From a virus (lineage: Duplodnaviria; Caudoviricetes): DNA of 64,000 nt. The position numbers and the translations under genes are program-made. Positions 10,195 to 20,623 of this stretch are shown piece by piece (positions within the stretch are counted from its first letter, which is position 1; every line of letters begins with the position of its first letter). Where the stretch lies: the IMG/VR virus record IMGVR_UViG_3300042558_004043. The stretch is one strand, 5' to 3'. A model generated the notes under the pieces. The model was not told the DNA's origin. It saw nothing but the letters and a program-made list of their open reading frames with translations, and ran no database searches.

Positions 10195-11094
10195 ATGGAT
10201 TTATTTGACTTAGCAAATACTGATTATAGAACCCAAATTTTTTATACCTCGGGTACTTGGCGAAAGCCTTCAGGAATATCTATGGTTTTTATTGGATGTT
10301 ACGGAGCCGGGGGCGGAGGTGGCGGAGGGTTTACAAGGACTGTAGCACAAAATGGGGGCGGAGGTGGAGGAGGAGCAAGTGGTGCGATATATAATGATAT
10401 TTTACCCGCTTCATTAGTTCCTGATGAATTGTATGTGACAGTAGGGGATGGAGGACAAGGAGGCGCGGCACAGACCACTGGAACTTCAGGGGGAACAACT
10501 TATGTTGAAGCCTATAAAGATGGTGGTGCTAATTTTGTAATTGCAAGAGCGACAGGGGGAGGAGCAGGAGGAGGTTCTACAAGTGCGGGTTCTTCAGGAG
10601 CCGCGGGACTTAATGCTGCTTCAGCAGCATCCAACCAAAAGTTATCCACAACAGGTGTTTTTACATCTATTGTTGGACAGTCAGGGGCGGCTGGAGGTGT
10701 AACTGGCGTTGGAGCGGCTGTAACATATGGAAGTGGAACTTTATTATCAGGAGGAGCTGGGGGAGGGAGTACTAATGTTTCCAATGGTATAACGGGAGCT
10801 GGAGGAGCAATAACGGGAGTTGCTGGTTCTATACCAACAATTGCTGGAGGGGCTATAGGAGGAAATGAAGGTAATGTTGGATTACAAAGAATAACTCTCG
10901 ATGTTTTAGTATCAATGGGTGGTAGTGGTGGAGGTGGTAATGGAAGTACCGTCGCAAACTCAGGTAATGGGGGAAGAGGTGCAAATGGAAATATTGGGTC
11001 GGGAGGTGGAGGTGGTGGGACTGGTACATCGACAGGTGTTGGTGGAGCGGGTGGCAATGGCGGTAATGGAATGGTAATAATAGTTTGTTATTAA
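10195..11094 (+). CDS. Glycine-rich (polyglycine II) adhesin-like protein, paralogue 1
   Basis: ATG at 10195 (MDLFDLA); QIFYTSGTWRKP...GAGGGGGGG N-terminus, GGxGGxG tracts, ends MVIIVCY. Confidence 0.7.
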   Translation: MDLFDLANTDYRTQIFYTSGTWRKPSGISMVFIGCYGAGGGGGGGFTRTVAQNGGGGGGGASGAIYNDILPASLVPDELYVTVGDGGQGGAAQTTGTSGGTTYVEAYKDGGANFVIARATGGGAGGGSTSAGSSGAAGLNAASAASNQKLSTTGVFTSIVGQSGAAGGVTGVGAAVTYGSGTLLSGGAGGGSTNVSNGITGAGGAITGVAGSIPTIAGGAIGGNEGNVGLQRITLDVLVSMGGSGGGGNGSTVANSGNGGRGANGNIGSGGGGGGTGTSTGVGGAGGNGGNGMVIIVCY

Positions 11095-11098
11095 ACTT

Positions 11099-11974
11099 AT
11101 GTATAATTTAGCGGATACAAAATATAAAACTCAGATTTTTACAGAAAACGGAGCTTGGATAAAACCTGAAGGGTGCGTGATGGTAATGATAGAAGTCGCC
11201 GGCGCCGGAGGCGGAGGCGGAGGCGGTTCACCAAACTCCTCAACTTTTATCGGAGGAGGTGCTGGAGGTTCAGGAGGTTTTACAAGAGTTACGGTACCGG
11301 CAATATTTTTACCAAATGATTTGTATATTATAATTGGTAAAGGTGGAGCGGGGGGTGCGTCCAGTGCTAATGGAATCGATGGGGGTAACACCGCAATTTC
11401 ATTATCACCAAACGTTAATAGTACAGACTCGTATATATGTTTTGCAAGTGGTGGTGGAAATGGAAGTAGAGGACCGTCAGGAGGAACTGGAGGTGCGGTT
11501 GGTACTCCGGCCGGTATTTCATCTTGGAGATTGGGATACTTAGGACTAGCTCAAACCTCAACAGTTGGTCAAGCCGGAACCAACGGAGGTTCAAGTGACG
11601 CTGCGGTTGATTTCACAATATCTGCATCGACTGGTAATTTTTACTCGGCAACAGGTGGTGGAGGAAGAACAGTATCTGCCGGATTTAAAGGAGGCGACAT
11701 AATAGGAATTGATGGGATAATACAAACAATACCAGGGGGTGACGGAAACTCTGTAAGTGGAAATGGTGAACCTGGTCAAAATGGTTTTACATCATTTGCT
11801 CCACTTTTTTCAGTTGGAGGAACAGGGGGTGGAGGAACCACAACTGGAGGTGCCGGAGGAAGAGGAGGTGATGGTGGATTTGCCACGGGTGGAGGTGGAG
11901 GTGGCGCCGGAACTACTGCCGGAGGTGCCGGAGGAAACGGTGGAAATGGATTTGCAATAATAACTTGTTGGTGA
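11099..11974 (+). CDS. Glycine-rich adhesin-like protein, paralogue 2
   Basis: QIFTENGAWIKP...GAGGGGGGG; ends FAIITCW. Confidence 0.7.
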   Translation: MYNLADTKYKTQIFTENGAWIKPEGCVMVMIEVAGAGGGGGGGSPNSSTFIGGGAGGSGGFTRVTVPAIFLPNDLYIIIGKGGAGGASSANGIDGGNTAISLSPNVNSTDSYICFASGGGNGSRGPSGGTGGAVGTPAGISSWRLGYLGLAQTSTVGQAGTNGGSSDAAVDFTISASTGNFYSATGGGGRTVSAGFKGGDIIGIDGIIQTIPGGDGNSVSGNGEPGQNGFTSFAPLFSVGGTGGGGTTTGGAGGRGGDGGFATGGGGGGAGTTAGGAGGNGGNGFAIITCW

Positions 11975-11975
11975 T

Positions 11976-12872
11976 ATGGATTTATATAATTTACCTGATA
12001 AAAGTCAAAACGTACAAATTTTTACCACATCTGGAATGTGGCATAAACCAAGAGGAATTTCTATGGTTTATATTCACCTTGTAGGTGGTGGAAGTGGAGG
12101 TGCTGCCGGTGTTTCGGGGTCGGCTGGAACTGCAAGAAACGGAGGAGGTGGAGGCGCCTCAGGTAACACATCAAGATTGATTCTCCCTGCGGCTTTAATA
12201 AGTGATAGTCTTGGTGTTACAGTTGGTACGGGAGGAAATGGTGGAACTGGAAGTGGTGGAGCGGGACAAGCGGGAGGGGCAACATATGTTAATTCGACAA
12301 GAGGTAGTGCATCAACTGGGGTCCAAACACTACTTTTAGCTTCGGGTGGTTTAGCAATGGCTGGAGGAACGAATACTGCTGGAGCGGTATCACAAGCTGC
12401 CAATTCTATAACAAATACTCCGCCCGCATGTTTAGGTGTTACATTATTTATAGGCAATCAAGGAGGTTCTGCCGGAGGAATAAACACCGGAGCTGTAGGT
12501 ACTAATATCACTTTTCAAGCTACACCTACACCAAATACAGGAACATACACAGTTTTAAATAGTGGAGGTGGTGGAGGTGCAAGTACCAACACATCAAACA
12601 CAAACTTTTCTGGAGGTTCAGTTATTGGGAATGCTTTTGTACCAACCATAAATGGAGGAACTGCCGGAGGTGGAGAAGGTGAAGGTGGATTTTCATCATA
12701 CCAACCATTAATAAGTACAGGAGGAGCAGGAGGAGGTTCAAACGGAACAGGAACAGGTGGAAAAGGAGGAAATGGAGGTCCAGGTTCAGGTGGTGGTGGA
12801 GGAGGTGCTGGTGTAACATCAGGAAATGGAGGAAGAGGTGGAGATGGATATGCGGTAATTGTTTGTTGGTAA
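11976..12872 (+). CDS. Glycine-rich adhesin-like protein, paralogue 3
   Basis: QIFTTSGMWHKP...GGGSGG; ends YAVIVCW. Confidence 0.7.
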   Translation: MDLYNLPDKSQNVQIFTTSGMWHKPRGISMVYIHLVGGGSGGAAGVSGSAGTARNGGGGGASGNTSRLILPAALISDSLGVTVGTGGNGGTGSGGAGQAGGATYVNSTRGSASTGVQTLLLASGGLAMAGGTNTAGAVSQAANSITNTPPACLGVTLFIGNQGGSAGGINTGAVGTNITFQATPTPNTGTYTVLNSGGGGGASTNTSNTNFSGGSVIGNAFVPTINGGTAGGGEGEGGFSSYQPLISTGGAGGGSNGTGTGGKGGNGGPGSGGGGGGAGVTSGNGGRGGDGYAVIVCW

Positions 12873-12940
12873 AAAACAAATTAGTATTTCCTATTTATGT
12901 TTAATTATTAGTTTTTATATTGAAAATATATAAAATTAAT

Positions 12941-14191
12941 ATGAACAGAATATTCGTACAAATCGCAAGTTACAGAGACCCTGAGCTCGTACCAACAATT
13001 AAAAATATGTTGGAAAATGCAAAAAAACCAAAAAATCTAAGATTTGGTATTGCCCGTCAATTTCATCCCGATGATAAATTTGATGATTTATCAGAATGGA
13101 AAAAAGACAAAAGATTTAGAGTTTTAGATATACCTCACTTGGACTCTGAGGGAGTTTGTTGGGCGAGAAATTTGACCCAACAATTGTATGAAGGTGAAGA
13201 ATATACAATGCAAATCGACTCACATATGAGATTTGAAAAGGACTGGGATGTTGAGTTTATTGGTATGATTAAGCAACTACAAAAAGATGGTTATCCTAAA
13301 CCATTACTAACCGGTTACGTTTCGTCTTTTGACCCTGAAAATGACCCTGCAGGTCGCGTTAGAGAACCATGGAGAATGGTGTTTGACCGTTTCATTCCTG
13401 AAGGTGCGGTATTCTTCTTACCCGAATCAATTCCAGGTTGGCAGATGATGACAAAGCCAATTCCAGCACGTTTCTATTCGGCTCACTTCTGTTTTACATT
13501 AGGAGCATTTAGTGAAGAAGTTCAACACGACCCTGATTTTTATTTCCATGGAGAAGAGATTTCAATCGCTGCAAGAGCATACACATGGGGTTATGATTTA
13601 TTTCATCCTCATAAGGTTCTTGTATGGCATGAGTATACTCGTAAAGGAAGAGTTAAACAGTGGGATGATGTTAGGGATTGGGGTAAGAAAAATGAATATT
13701 GTCATAAGAAAAATCGTTCATTGTTCGGAATGGATAATGAAGAAGAGATGGACCACGGCAAATATGGATTTGGTTCAATTAGAAGTTTGAGAGATTATGA
13801 AAAATATTCAGGATTGCTGTTTTCAAAAAGAGCCATACAACAATATACAATTGATAAAGAATATCCACCAAATCCATATAACTACGCAAGTGAAGAAGAA
13901 TGGATGAATGATTTTGCGTCAATTTTTAAACATTGTATTGATGTTGGTTATTCCCAAGTTCCTGAAACTGATTACGAATTTTGGGTGGTTGCGTTCCATG
14001 ATGAGAATGATGATACAATTTACAGAAAAGATGCCGACACAGGTGAAATTAATATGATGATGAATGACCCGGATGGTTACTGTAAGGTATGGAGAGAATT
14101 TGAAACATCTAAAAAACCAAAGTATTGGGTGGTTTGGCCATACTCAACATCTAAGGGATGGTGTGAGAGAATAAGTGGTAATTTATTTTAA
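12941..14191 (+). CDS. GT60-like (Skp1/mucin-type) polypeptide alpha-GlcNAc transferase
   Basis: RIFVQIASYRDPEL, GVCWAR, MQIDSHMRF, FHGEEISIAARAYTWGYDLFHP motifs; ATG at 12941. Confidence 0.8.
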   Translation: MNRIFVQIASYRDPELVPTIKNMLENAKKPKNLRFGIARQFHPDDKFDDLSEWKKDKRFRVLDIPHLDSEGVCWARNLTQQLYEGEEYTMQIDSHMRFEKDWDVEFIGMIKQLQKDGYPKPLLTGYVSSFDPENDPAGRVREPWRMVFDRFIPEGAVFFLPESIPGWQMMTKPIPARFYSAHFCFTLGAFSEEVQHDPDFYFHGEEISIAARAYTWGYDLFHPHKVLVWHEYTRKGRVKQWDDVRDWGKKNEYCHKKNRSLFGMDNEEEMDHGKYGFGSIRSLRDYEKYSGLLFSKRAIQQYTIDKEYPPNPYNYASEEEWMNDFASIFKHCIDVGYSQVPETDYEFWVVAFHDENDDTIYRKDADTGEINMMMNDPDGYCKVWREFETSKKPKYWVVWPYSTSKGWCERISGNLF

Positions 14192-14200
14192 AAATAAAAA

Positions 14201-16438
14201 ATGGAATTGGAAGAAAAAATAAAAACTCTATATAGTATTTTCAAAGATTATTCCTGTAGAAAATCATCTAATGGATTTTCAAGTTTAATCGAGAATTTTT
14301 TAATATCGATAACTGACAATAATCCATCTATTTTAGAAATAGGTGTTGGTACTGTTAGTTTAGACCCTCCTGAAGGTAGATATTATGTTCCTGAAAATAT
14401 GAATTCTTGGAAAAAAGATAATCCTAATTATCAACCAGGAAACTCATTAAGAGCATTTAGAGATTTTTTAAATACAGGTACAGTCTACGGTATAGATATA
14501 CAAAAAGATTGTGAAATTGATGAAGATAGAATTAAAACCTTTATTTTCGATTCAAGAAATCCTTTCAAATCTAAGGACTTCATTGAAAACAAAACTTTTG
14601 ACCTAATTATTGATGATAGTGATAAAGATGCTAATATTAGAATTATTACTCTTAATAATTTTTATCCATCTTTAAGTGACAATGGGTTTTATATATTTGA
14701 AGGTTTTCTAGAAAAAAAACTATTAGAAGATTATTTTTTGTTTAATAACATACCCTATATCGTTATAGATGATTTTATGATAATGAATAAAAAAAATAAT
14801 TTTAATTTAATAAATGATATAAGAAACAGAATCGTCTCTCAAAATAACATAGAACCACAAAAAAACGAAGTAATAAAAGACTACAAAGACGATATTCAAT
14901 CTACTCCTAAATTTTCGATAGACGGAAATGTATTTGCCGACAAAGGATTTTATATTAATTTGGAAAGAAGCGTTGAAAGGAAAGAAAACGTGGACAACTT
15001 AATCAACGAATTCAATATTGAAGGATTGTTAAGATTTGAGGCTTTAACTGATGATATGATTCAGTTTGCGTGTACTAAAAGTCATTTACAAGTTTTCAGA
15101 ACTTGTTTAGAAAATGATATTGAGTCGGTTTTTATTGCAGAAGATGACTTTAATATTGACAATATTTTATATCAACCAAACTCTGAACCTGTTTATTTCA
15201 GAGAAAAAATAAAATTAATTAAACAAGATTTAGATAATTTAGAATGGGATGTTTTCTTATTTGGTTGTAATCCTAAAACACATTTAGTTCCATTAACTAA
15301 TAATGTTGCAATAATAAATAAAAGTACTGGTGCTTGGGCATATATCATTAAAAAAAGAGCTTTTGAATTTTTGATAAAAAATTTAAATTATAAAAGAGAT
15401 TATATTGCTATTGATGATTATTTACCAATACTAAATGATAACGGATTTAATACTCTAACATCAATTCCTTTAACAATAGGTCATGCGGTAGGTTTTGTTT
15501 CGACTTTACAACCTAGAGGTCCCGTTAATTATACTGATTGGATTCGAGGTAATTATTATAAATTTTTATTTGATAATTACCCTGACAATAATTTTGTAAC
15601 AGACAAACTTGAAAAAAACCTAACAATTTTTATACCTGGTTTTTTTTGTGATAATTATTTAATGTATTTAAGATATGCACTAAAAAGTTTACCAAATGAA
15701 TTACGAAAATGTAAGTTCATTATAAGATTTGACACCCCAAGTAAAGACTATGATTTATCTGAATTTATTAAACTTCAGGCTTATTTCAGAGATGTTAGAA
15801 GTGACCTAAATGTGTCTCTATCTTATGGATTTGGAGGATTAATCTCTAGTTTTGATTATTTTTTAAAAAATGTAAAAACACAATATTTTATGATGTTTGA
15901 GTTTGATTATGTTTTTTTAGATAAGAAATCAATCAAATTTGAAAAAATAATAGATTCATTTAACAAATATTCATTTATAAATACTGTTTATTTTTCAGGA
16001 GACGATATTAGTCCGAGAGGATTTGACCTATCAACAGACATAGATGGAATTACAACCCCTTTTGAAATAGAATCACGAGTACCCGAAATAAACTTGGTTT
16101 CAACAACTAGATGGTCTAATAGACCTGCAATACATAGAGTTTATAAAATGAAGGAATGGTTTGAAACCTACATGAAAAATGAACATATTGGAATATTACA
16201 TCAAAGTTTTTATGGAATAGAAGATTGTATGATTCCAATTTTTCATAAAACAATTAATGAAAATAAATGGGAAAATATTAAAGATGATTGGGGAACATAT
16301 TTATATGGTAATTTTGGAGAAGGTCCCTTCATTGCTCATACAGATTCTTCTAAACGGTATCAAAACGAAATTAAATCAATATTAGAAATTAATGCGGATA
16401 AATATATGAAGGATAATCCATTAAATGAGACTGATTAA
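14201..16438 (+). CDS. Fusion: SAM methyltransferase-like + GT25-like + GT-A-fold domain
   Basis: ILEIGVG...VYGIDI...FDLIIDD; FYINLERSVERK...CTKSH...IAEDD; C-terminal YFMMFEFDYVF. Confidence 0.7.
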   Translation: MELEEKIKTLYSIFKDYSCRKSSNGFSSLIENFLISITDNNPSILEIGVGTVSLDPPEGRYYVPENMNSWKKDNPNYQPGNSLRAFRDFLNTGTVYGIDIQKDCEIDEDRIKTFIFDSRNPFKSKDFIENKTFDLIIDDSDKDANIRIITLNNFYPSLSDNGFYIFEGFLEKKLLEDYFLFNNIPYIVIDDFMIMNKKNNFNLINDIRNRIVSQNNIEPQKNEVIKDYKDDIQSTPKFSIDGNVFADKGFYINLERSVERKENVDNLINEFNIEGLLRFEALTDDMIQFACTKSHLQVFRTCLENDIESVFIAEDDFNIDNILYQPNSEPVYFREKIKLIKQDLDNLEWDVFLFGCNPKTHLVPLTNNVAIINKSTGAWAYIIKKRAFEFLIKNLNYKRDYIAIDDYLPILNDNGFNTLTSIPLTIGHAVGFVSTLQPRGPVNYTDWIRGNYYKFLFDNYPDNNFVTDKLEKNLTIFIPGFFCDNYLMYLRYALKSLPNELRKCKFIIRFDTPSKDYDLSEFIKLQAYFRDVRSDLNVSLSYGFGGLISSFDYFLKNVKTQYFMMFEFDYVFLDKKSIKFEKIIDSFNKYSFINTVYFSGDDISPRGFDLSTDIDGITTPFEIESRVPEINLVSTTRWSNRPAIHRVYKMKEWFETYMKNEHIGILHQSFYGIEDCMIPIFHKTINENKWENIKDDWGTYLYGNFGEGPFIAHTDSSKRYQNEIKSILEINADKYMKDNPLNETD

Positions 16439-16443
16439 AAAAT

Positions 16444-16974
16444 ATGAAATTACACTTAGGATGTGGTGAAAAAATACTTGAAGGGTATATTAACGTTGAT
16501 ATTAGAGAAAGTCTAAGATGTGATGTTATAGATGATATTAAAGAACTTAAAAAGTTTGATGTTGATTCAGCTGAAGAAATTTACGCCTGCCATGTGTTAG
16601 AGCATTTCTCAAGAAATGAATATAAATTTGTTTTAACAAGATGGTATGATGTTTTAAAAAACGGAGGAGTATTAAAAATATCCGTTCCGAATATTGAAGA
16701 AGTTATTAATCAATACAATAAAGGTATTAAATTAAAAACTCTTATGGGTTTAATTTATGGTGGTCAAACTTATAAAGAAAATTATCATTATGTTGGTTTT
16801 GATTTTAAAACATTAAAAGAAGACTTGGAAAATATAGGTTTTAAAACAATCTCAATATGGGATTGGAAAAATACTGAACATTCTCACATTGATGATTACA
16901 GTCAATGTTATTTACCTCATATGGATAAAGTAAACGGAACATTAATGAGTTTAAATATAATTGCAATAAAATGA
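16444..16974 (+). CDS. Class I SAM-dependent methyltransferase
   Basis: KLHLGCG, YINVD, EIYACHVLEH, VLKNGGVLKISVP. Confidence 0.8.
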   Translation: MKLHLGCGEKILEGYINVDIRESLRCDVIDDIKELKKFDVDSAEEIYACHVLEHFSRNEYKFVLTRWYDVLKNGGVLKISVPNIEEVINQYNKGIKLKTLMGLIYGGQTYKENYHYVGFDFKTLKEDLENIGFKTISIWDWKNTEHSHIDDYSQCYLPHMDKVNGTLMSLNIIAIK

Positions 16975-17654
16975 AAAATGTAGGATTATTAATTATCGCG
17001 ACAAATAAGTATGAAATTTTTGTTAAACCTCTAATTGAGTCGGCACGTAAATTTTTTCTTAGAAATCAAAAATTAACTTTTTATATTTTTTCAAATTCGG
17101 ATAATTTGAAAAATTTAGGTGATGATGTAATTGTGATTCATCAAGAACATAAACCTTGGCCTTATATGACATTATTTAGATATAGAATATTTGTTGAAAA
17201 TATGGAATATTTTTCAAATGAAGACTATCTATTTTACTGTGATGCTGATATGTTATTTGTAAATCATGTCGGAGATGAAGTTTTAGGGGATTTAGTTGCG
17301 ACTATACATCCTGGATTTAGAGGGGGTAGAGGCACTCCTGAGGATAGAATTGAGAGTACTGCATTTGTATCTAATGATGAAGAAATGGTTTACTACGCAG
17401 GAGGATTTAACGGAGGGACAAAAGAAAATTTTTTAACAATGTCAAAATCAATTTCAAAAAATATTGATAAGGATTTAGAAAAAGACATAATCGCTATTTG
17501 GCATGATGAAAGTCACATGAATAGATATATGATAGATAATAAACCAACCTTGGTTTTAAGCCCGTCGTATTGTTACCCTGAAAACTGGGATTTACCTGAA
17601 TATGAAAAAAAACTCTTAGCGTTATATAAAAGTCATGGAGATATTAGATATTAG
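16971..17654 (+). CDS. GT6 (ABO-family) alpha-1,3-GalNAc/Gal transferase
   Basis: IIATNKY, PWPYMTLFRY, CDADM (DxD), IHPGF, YYAGGFNGG, WHDESHMNRY. Confidence 0.88.
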   Translation: MKNVGLLIIATNKYEIFVKPLIESARKFFLRNQKLTFYIFSNSDNLKNLGDDVIVIHQEHKPWPYMTLFRYRIFVENMEYFSNEDYLFYCDADMLFVNHVGDEVLGDLVATIHPGFRGGRGTPEDRIESTAFVSNDEEMVYYAGGFNGGTKENFLTMSKSISKNIDKDLEKDIIAIWHDESHMNRYMIDNKPTLVLSPSYCYPENWDLPEYEKKLLALYKSHGDIRY

Positions 17655-17684
17655 ATAATAAATAAAAAATAAAAAATAAAATAT

Positions 17685-18281
17685 ATGGAAAATATTAAAG
17701 AACATTTACAATGGTGGGAAAATAATTTGTCTTCAAATGAACTTGAAAAAGAATTTGAGGGATGGTTAGAGAATTCAGACTATGACAGTCGTAAAAAATT
17801 ATTTTTAATTATACAACAAAGAGCGATAAATAATGTTTTAGAACTAGGACCTGGAACATTCATTGACTACCAAATGTTTTTTTCTAAAGAAAAAAACATT
17901 TCATATCACTCAATAGACATTACAAAAAAAATAGTTGATAATGGTAAAAAAATGGGGATTGAATGTAGTCAGGGGTCTATAGAACAAATAAAATATCCTG
18001 ACTCTCATTTCAACTTAGTTTATTGTAGACACGTATTCGAGCATTTGGATTACTACACCCAAGCACTAAGTGAAATGATAAGAGTTAGCAATAAATACGT
18101 TGCGGTTATTTTTTGGTTAATTAATGACGGGGATTTTGACAGTATTAATTACGATAGTAATGTTAAACTTTACCACAATAGATATAGTAAAACCAAAATA
18201 GAAACTTTTTTGACTGAACAAAATTTAAAATTTAACTGGGTTTATTGTAGTAATGATATAATATTATTTATTGAAAAATAA
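17685..18281 (+). CDS. Class I SAM-dependent methyltransferase
   Basis: VLELGPG, YHSIDI, FNLVYCRHVFEHL...ALSEMIRVS. Confidence 0.75.
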   Translation: MENIKEHLQWWENNLSSNELEKEFEGWLENSDYDSRKKLFLIIQQRAINNVLELGPGTFIDYQMFFSKEKNISYHSIDITKKIVDNGKKMGIECSQGSIEQIKYPDSHFNLVYCRHVFEHLDYYTQALSEMIRVSNKYVAVIFWLINDGDFDSINYDSNVKLYHNRYSKTKIETFLTEQNLKFNWVYCSNDIILFIEK

Positions 18282-18282
18282 A

Positions 18283-19098
18283 ATGGGTAAACCTAAAATA
18301 ATTTCAGATTGGCTCCAAGGAAAAAATTTTTATTATAATGAATATGATTTAGTTAATCATCATTTTAATAAAAATGTTGAGATTTATGTTGATACATTTC
18401 CGTCAAATAAAAAATATGATGGAACTATAAGATTTTTATTATTAGTGGAACCAATAGAAATGAATGGACTAAATAATATTATATTAAATAGTGGTAATTT
18501 ATTTGATTATATTTTAACTTATGAAGAGTCTATATTGAGCACTTTGAAAAATTCTTTAAAATTTGAATACGGCACAACTTGGATTGATTATCATAATTAT
18601 AGTTTTACTGAAAAAAATTTTTCTATATCTACTTTTTTTACACAAAAAAGAGGTTTGGGTGGATATGAACTAAGAAATTCTGTATATCAGAATAAACATA
18701 AATTTAAAATTGAGACTAATTTTTTTAACGGTAACGGATTTAATGACCCCAAATTAAAAAATCTAGGTGAATTTAAACATCCACTCTTCAACAGTATGTT
18801 TAATATTTGTATCGAAAATGTAAAAAAACAAAATTTTTTTACGGAAAAATTAATAGATTGTTTTATTACTAAAACAATACCGATTTATTATGGGTGTAAA
18901 AATATTAATGAGTACTTTAATGAAAAAGGATTTTATATTGTCGATTCATTTGAAGATATCATAAATATTTCTAATAACTTATCAGAAGTTGATTATTACG
19001 ATAAATTAAAATATGTCGAGGACAATTTTGAAAGGAGTAAACAATATTGTGATTTGAGAAAAAGAATTGTTAATAAAATAGAAGAAATTATAGGATAG
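18283..19098 (+). CDS. GT10-like alpha-1,3/4-fucosyltransferase
   Basis: FNICIEN...FFTEKLIDCFITKTIPIYYG matches the GT10 C-terminal motif. Confidence 0.75.
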   Translation: MGKPKIISDWLQGKNFYYNEYDLVNHHFNKNVEIYVDTFPSNKKYDGTIRFLLLVEPIEMNGLNNIILNSGNLFDYILTYEESILSTLKNSLKFEYGTTWIDYHNYSFTEKNFSISTFFTQKRGLGGYELRNSVYQNKHKFKIETNFFNGNGFNDPKLKNLGEFKHPLFNSMFNICIENVKKQNFFTEKLIDCFITKTIPIYYGCKNINEYFNEKGFYIVDSFEDIINISNNLSEVDYYDKLKYVEDNFERSKQYCDLRKRIVNKIEEIIG

Positions 19099-19872
19099 AT
19101 GGTAACTGCAAGTATTATGGGAGGATTAGGAAACAAAATGTTCCAGATATCGGCAGCTTTCTCAATAGCTAAAGAAAATAAAGACGAATTGATATTCAAC
19201 ATTAATGATTGTGAATCATCCCACAGACCCCTAAATAGTTATTTTGATAATATTTTTAAAAAAGTAAATTTTGTTAATCATACGTTACCTATCAATAACG
19301 TTCATTTTGAACAAGGATTTCATTTTCAAAAAATAAATTACGTCCCCAATTTAAAAATCCATGGATATTTTCAAAGTGAAAAGTATTTTTTAAAATATAA
19401 AAAAAATATTAAAAATTTATTTAGTATTGATAAAGAAAATAAAAAAAAATTAAATGACAAATATGGTGATTTATTAAAATTGAATACTTGTTCAATACAT
19501 GTTAGACGAGGAGATTATTTGGGACTAACAGATTATCACACGGTTTTAGATATAAACTATTTCAATAAAGCTATGAGTTATTTTGATAGTAATACTACTT
19601 TTTTAGTTTTTTCGGATGATGTTAATTGGTGTAGGAATAATTTAATAAGTGAAAATATTTTTTTTATCGAGAATAATTTAGATTATATTGATTTGTGGTT
19701 AATGTCGTTATGTAAAAATAATATAATTTCAAACTCTACTTTTTCTTGGTGGGGGGCCTATCTTAATAATAATAGATATAAAAAAGTAATTTGTCCTAAA
19801 AATTGGTTTGGGGAATCTAATAAACATTTAATAATAGACGATTTATATTGTAAAAATTGGATAGTAATATGA
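19099..19872 (+). CDS. GT11 alpha-1,2-fucosyltransferase
   Basis: GGLGNKMFQ, GYFQSEKYF, SIHVRRGDY, NSTFSWWGAYL. Confidence 0.88.
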   Translation: MVTASIMGGLGNKMFQISAAFSIAKENKDELIFNINDCESSHRPLNSYFDNIFKKVNFVNHTLPINNVHFEQGFHFQKINYVPNLKIHGYFQSEKYFLKYKKNIKNLFSIDKENKKKLNDKYGDLLKLNTCSIHVRRGDYLGLTDYHTVLDINYFNKAMSYFDSNTTFLVFSDDVNWCRNNLISENIFFIENNLDYIDLWLMSLCKNNIISNSTFSWWGAYLNNNRYKKVICPKNWFGESNKHLIIDDLYCKNWIVI

Positions 19873-20564
19873 TACATTTTATTTCTTTTGCGGACTCTAA
19901 GTTTAAAAATACTTTAATTAGAATTGGACAAGAGGCTATTAATTCTGGATTTTTTGATAGAGTTACGACTTTTGATGAGACTTTTTTAGATGAAAAAACT
20001 TTAAATTATTGTTACTCTAACGGTCGTGGTTTTGGGTACTGGTCTTGGAAATCATATATTGTACATGAATATTTAGAAAAATTAAATTATGGGGACATTC
20101 TAGTCTATTCAGATGCTGGAAATACTATAAACATAAATGGTAAAGAAGTATTTAAAAGTTACATAGATTTTTTATTAAAAGATTACAATGATTCTATTTT
20201 TTTTCAAATGGGCCACATAGAAAAAACTTGGTCAAAAATGGACGCTATCGATTTTTTAGATTCTTACGATTTGTTAGAAACAGGTCAAATTTCTGCGTGT
20301 TCATTTTTAATAAAAAAAACAGATAGAACTGTATCTTTAATAAAAACATGGAGAGATATATGTTATAATCATAAAAATTTAATTGATGATACCGAATCTA
20401 AAATAAAAAATGATGAGACTTTTTTAGACCACAGGCATGACCAATCAATAATATCAATTATAGTAAAAAAAATGAAAATTGAATTATTTGAAGATGATAC
20501 ATGGAAGTATATTTCTCATAACGACAACAGTTATCCTATTAATTGTACAAGAATTAAGTATTAA
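19869..20564 (+). CDS. Putative GT-A fold glycosyltransferase
   Basis: RGFGYWSWKSYI, ILVYSDAG, DHRHDQSIISI motifs; ATGA overlap with the GT11 stop. Confidence 0.6.
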   Translation: MIHFISFADSKFKNTLIRIGQEAINSGFFDRVTTFDETFLDEKTLNYCYSNGRGFGYWSWKSYIVHEYLEKLNYGDILVYSDAGNTININGKEVFKSYIDFLLKDYNDSIFFQMGHIEKTWSKMDAIDFLDSYDLLETGQISACSFLIKKTDRTVSLIKTWRDICYNHKNLIDDTESKIKNDETFLDHRHDQSIISIIVKKMKIELFEDDTWKYISHNDNSYPINCTRIKY

Positions 20565-20623
20565 GTGTTTAGAAGGATAAAAAAAAAATTATTATTACCA
20601 ATATAAAATTTAATTAAAAAATT

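Noticed and set aside
10195-12872. Diversity-generating retroelement or invertible fibre cassette
   Set aside because: No reverse transcriptase, recombinase, TR/VR pair or inverted repeats seen; paralogues are broadly diverged
10512-12879. Pro-rich or His/Leu-rich minus-strand ORFs (10512, 11131, 12074, 12622)
   Set aside because: Antisense shadows of Gly codons (GGN reads NCC); fully overlap convincing plus-strand genes
14780-20590. A8-A10/T8 homopolymers in and between GT genes as phase-variation switches
   Set aside because: Expected in such AT-rich sequence; all ORFs are intact and no poly-G/C tracts were seen; read-level indel data would be needed
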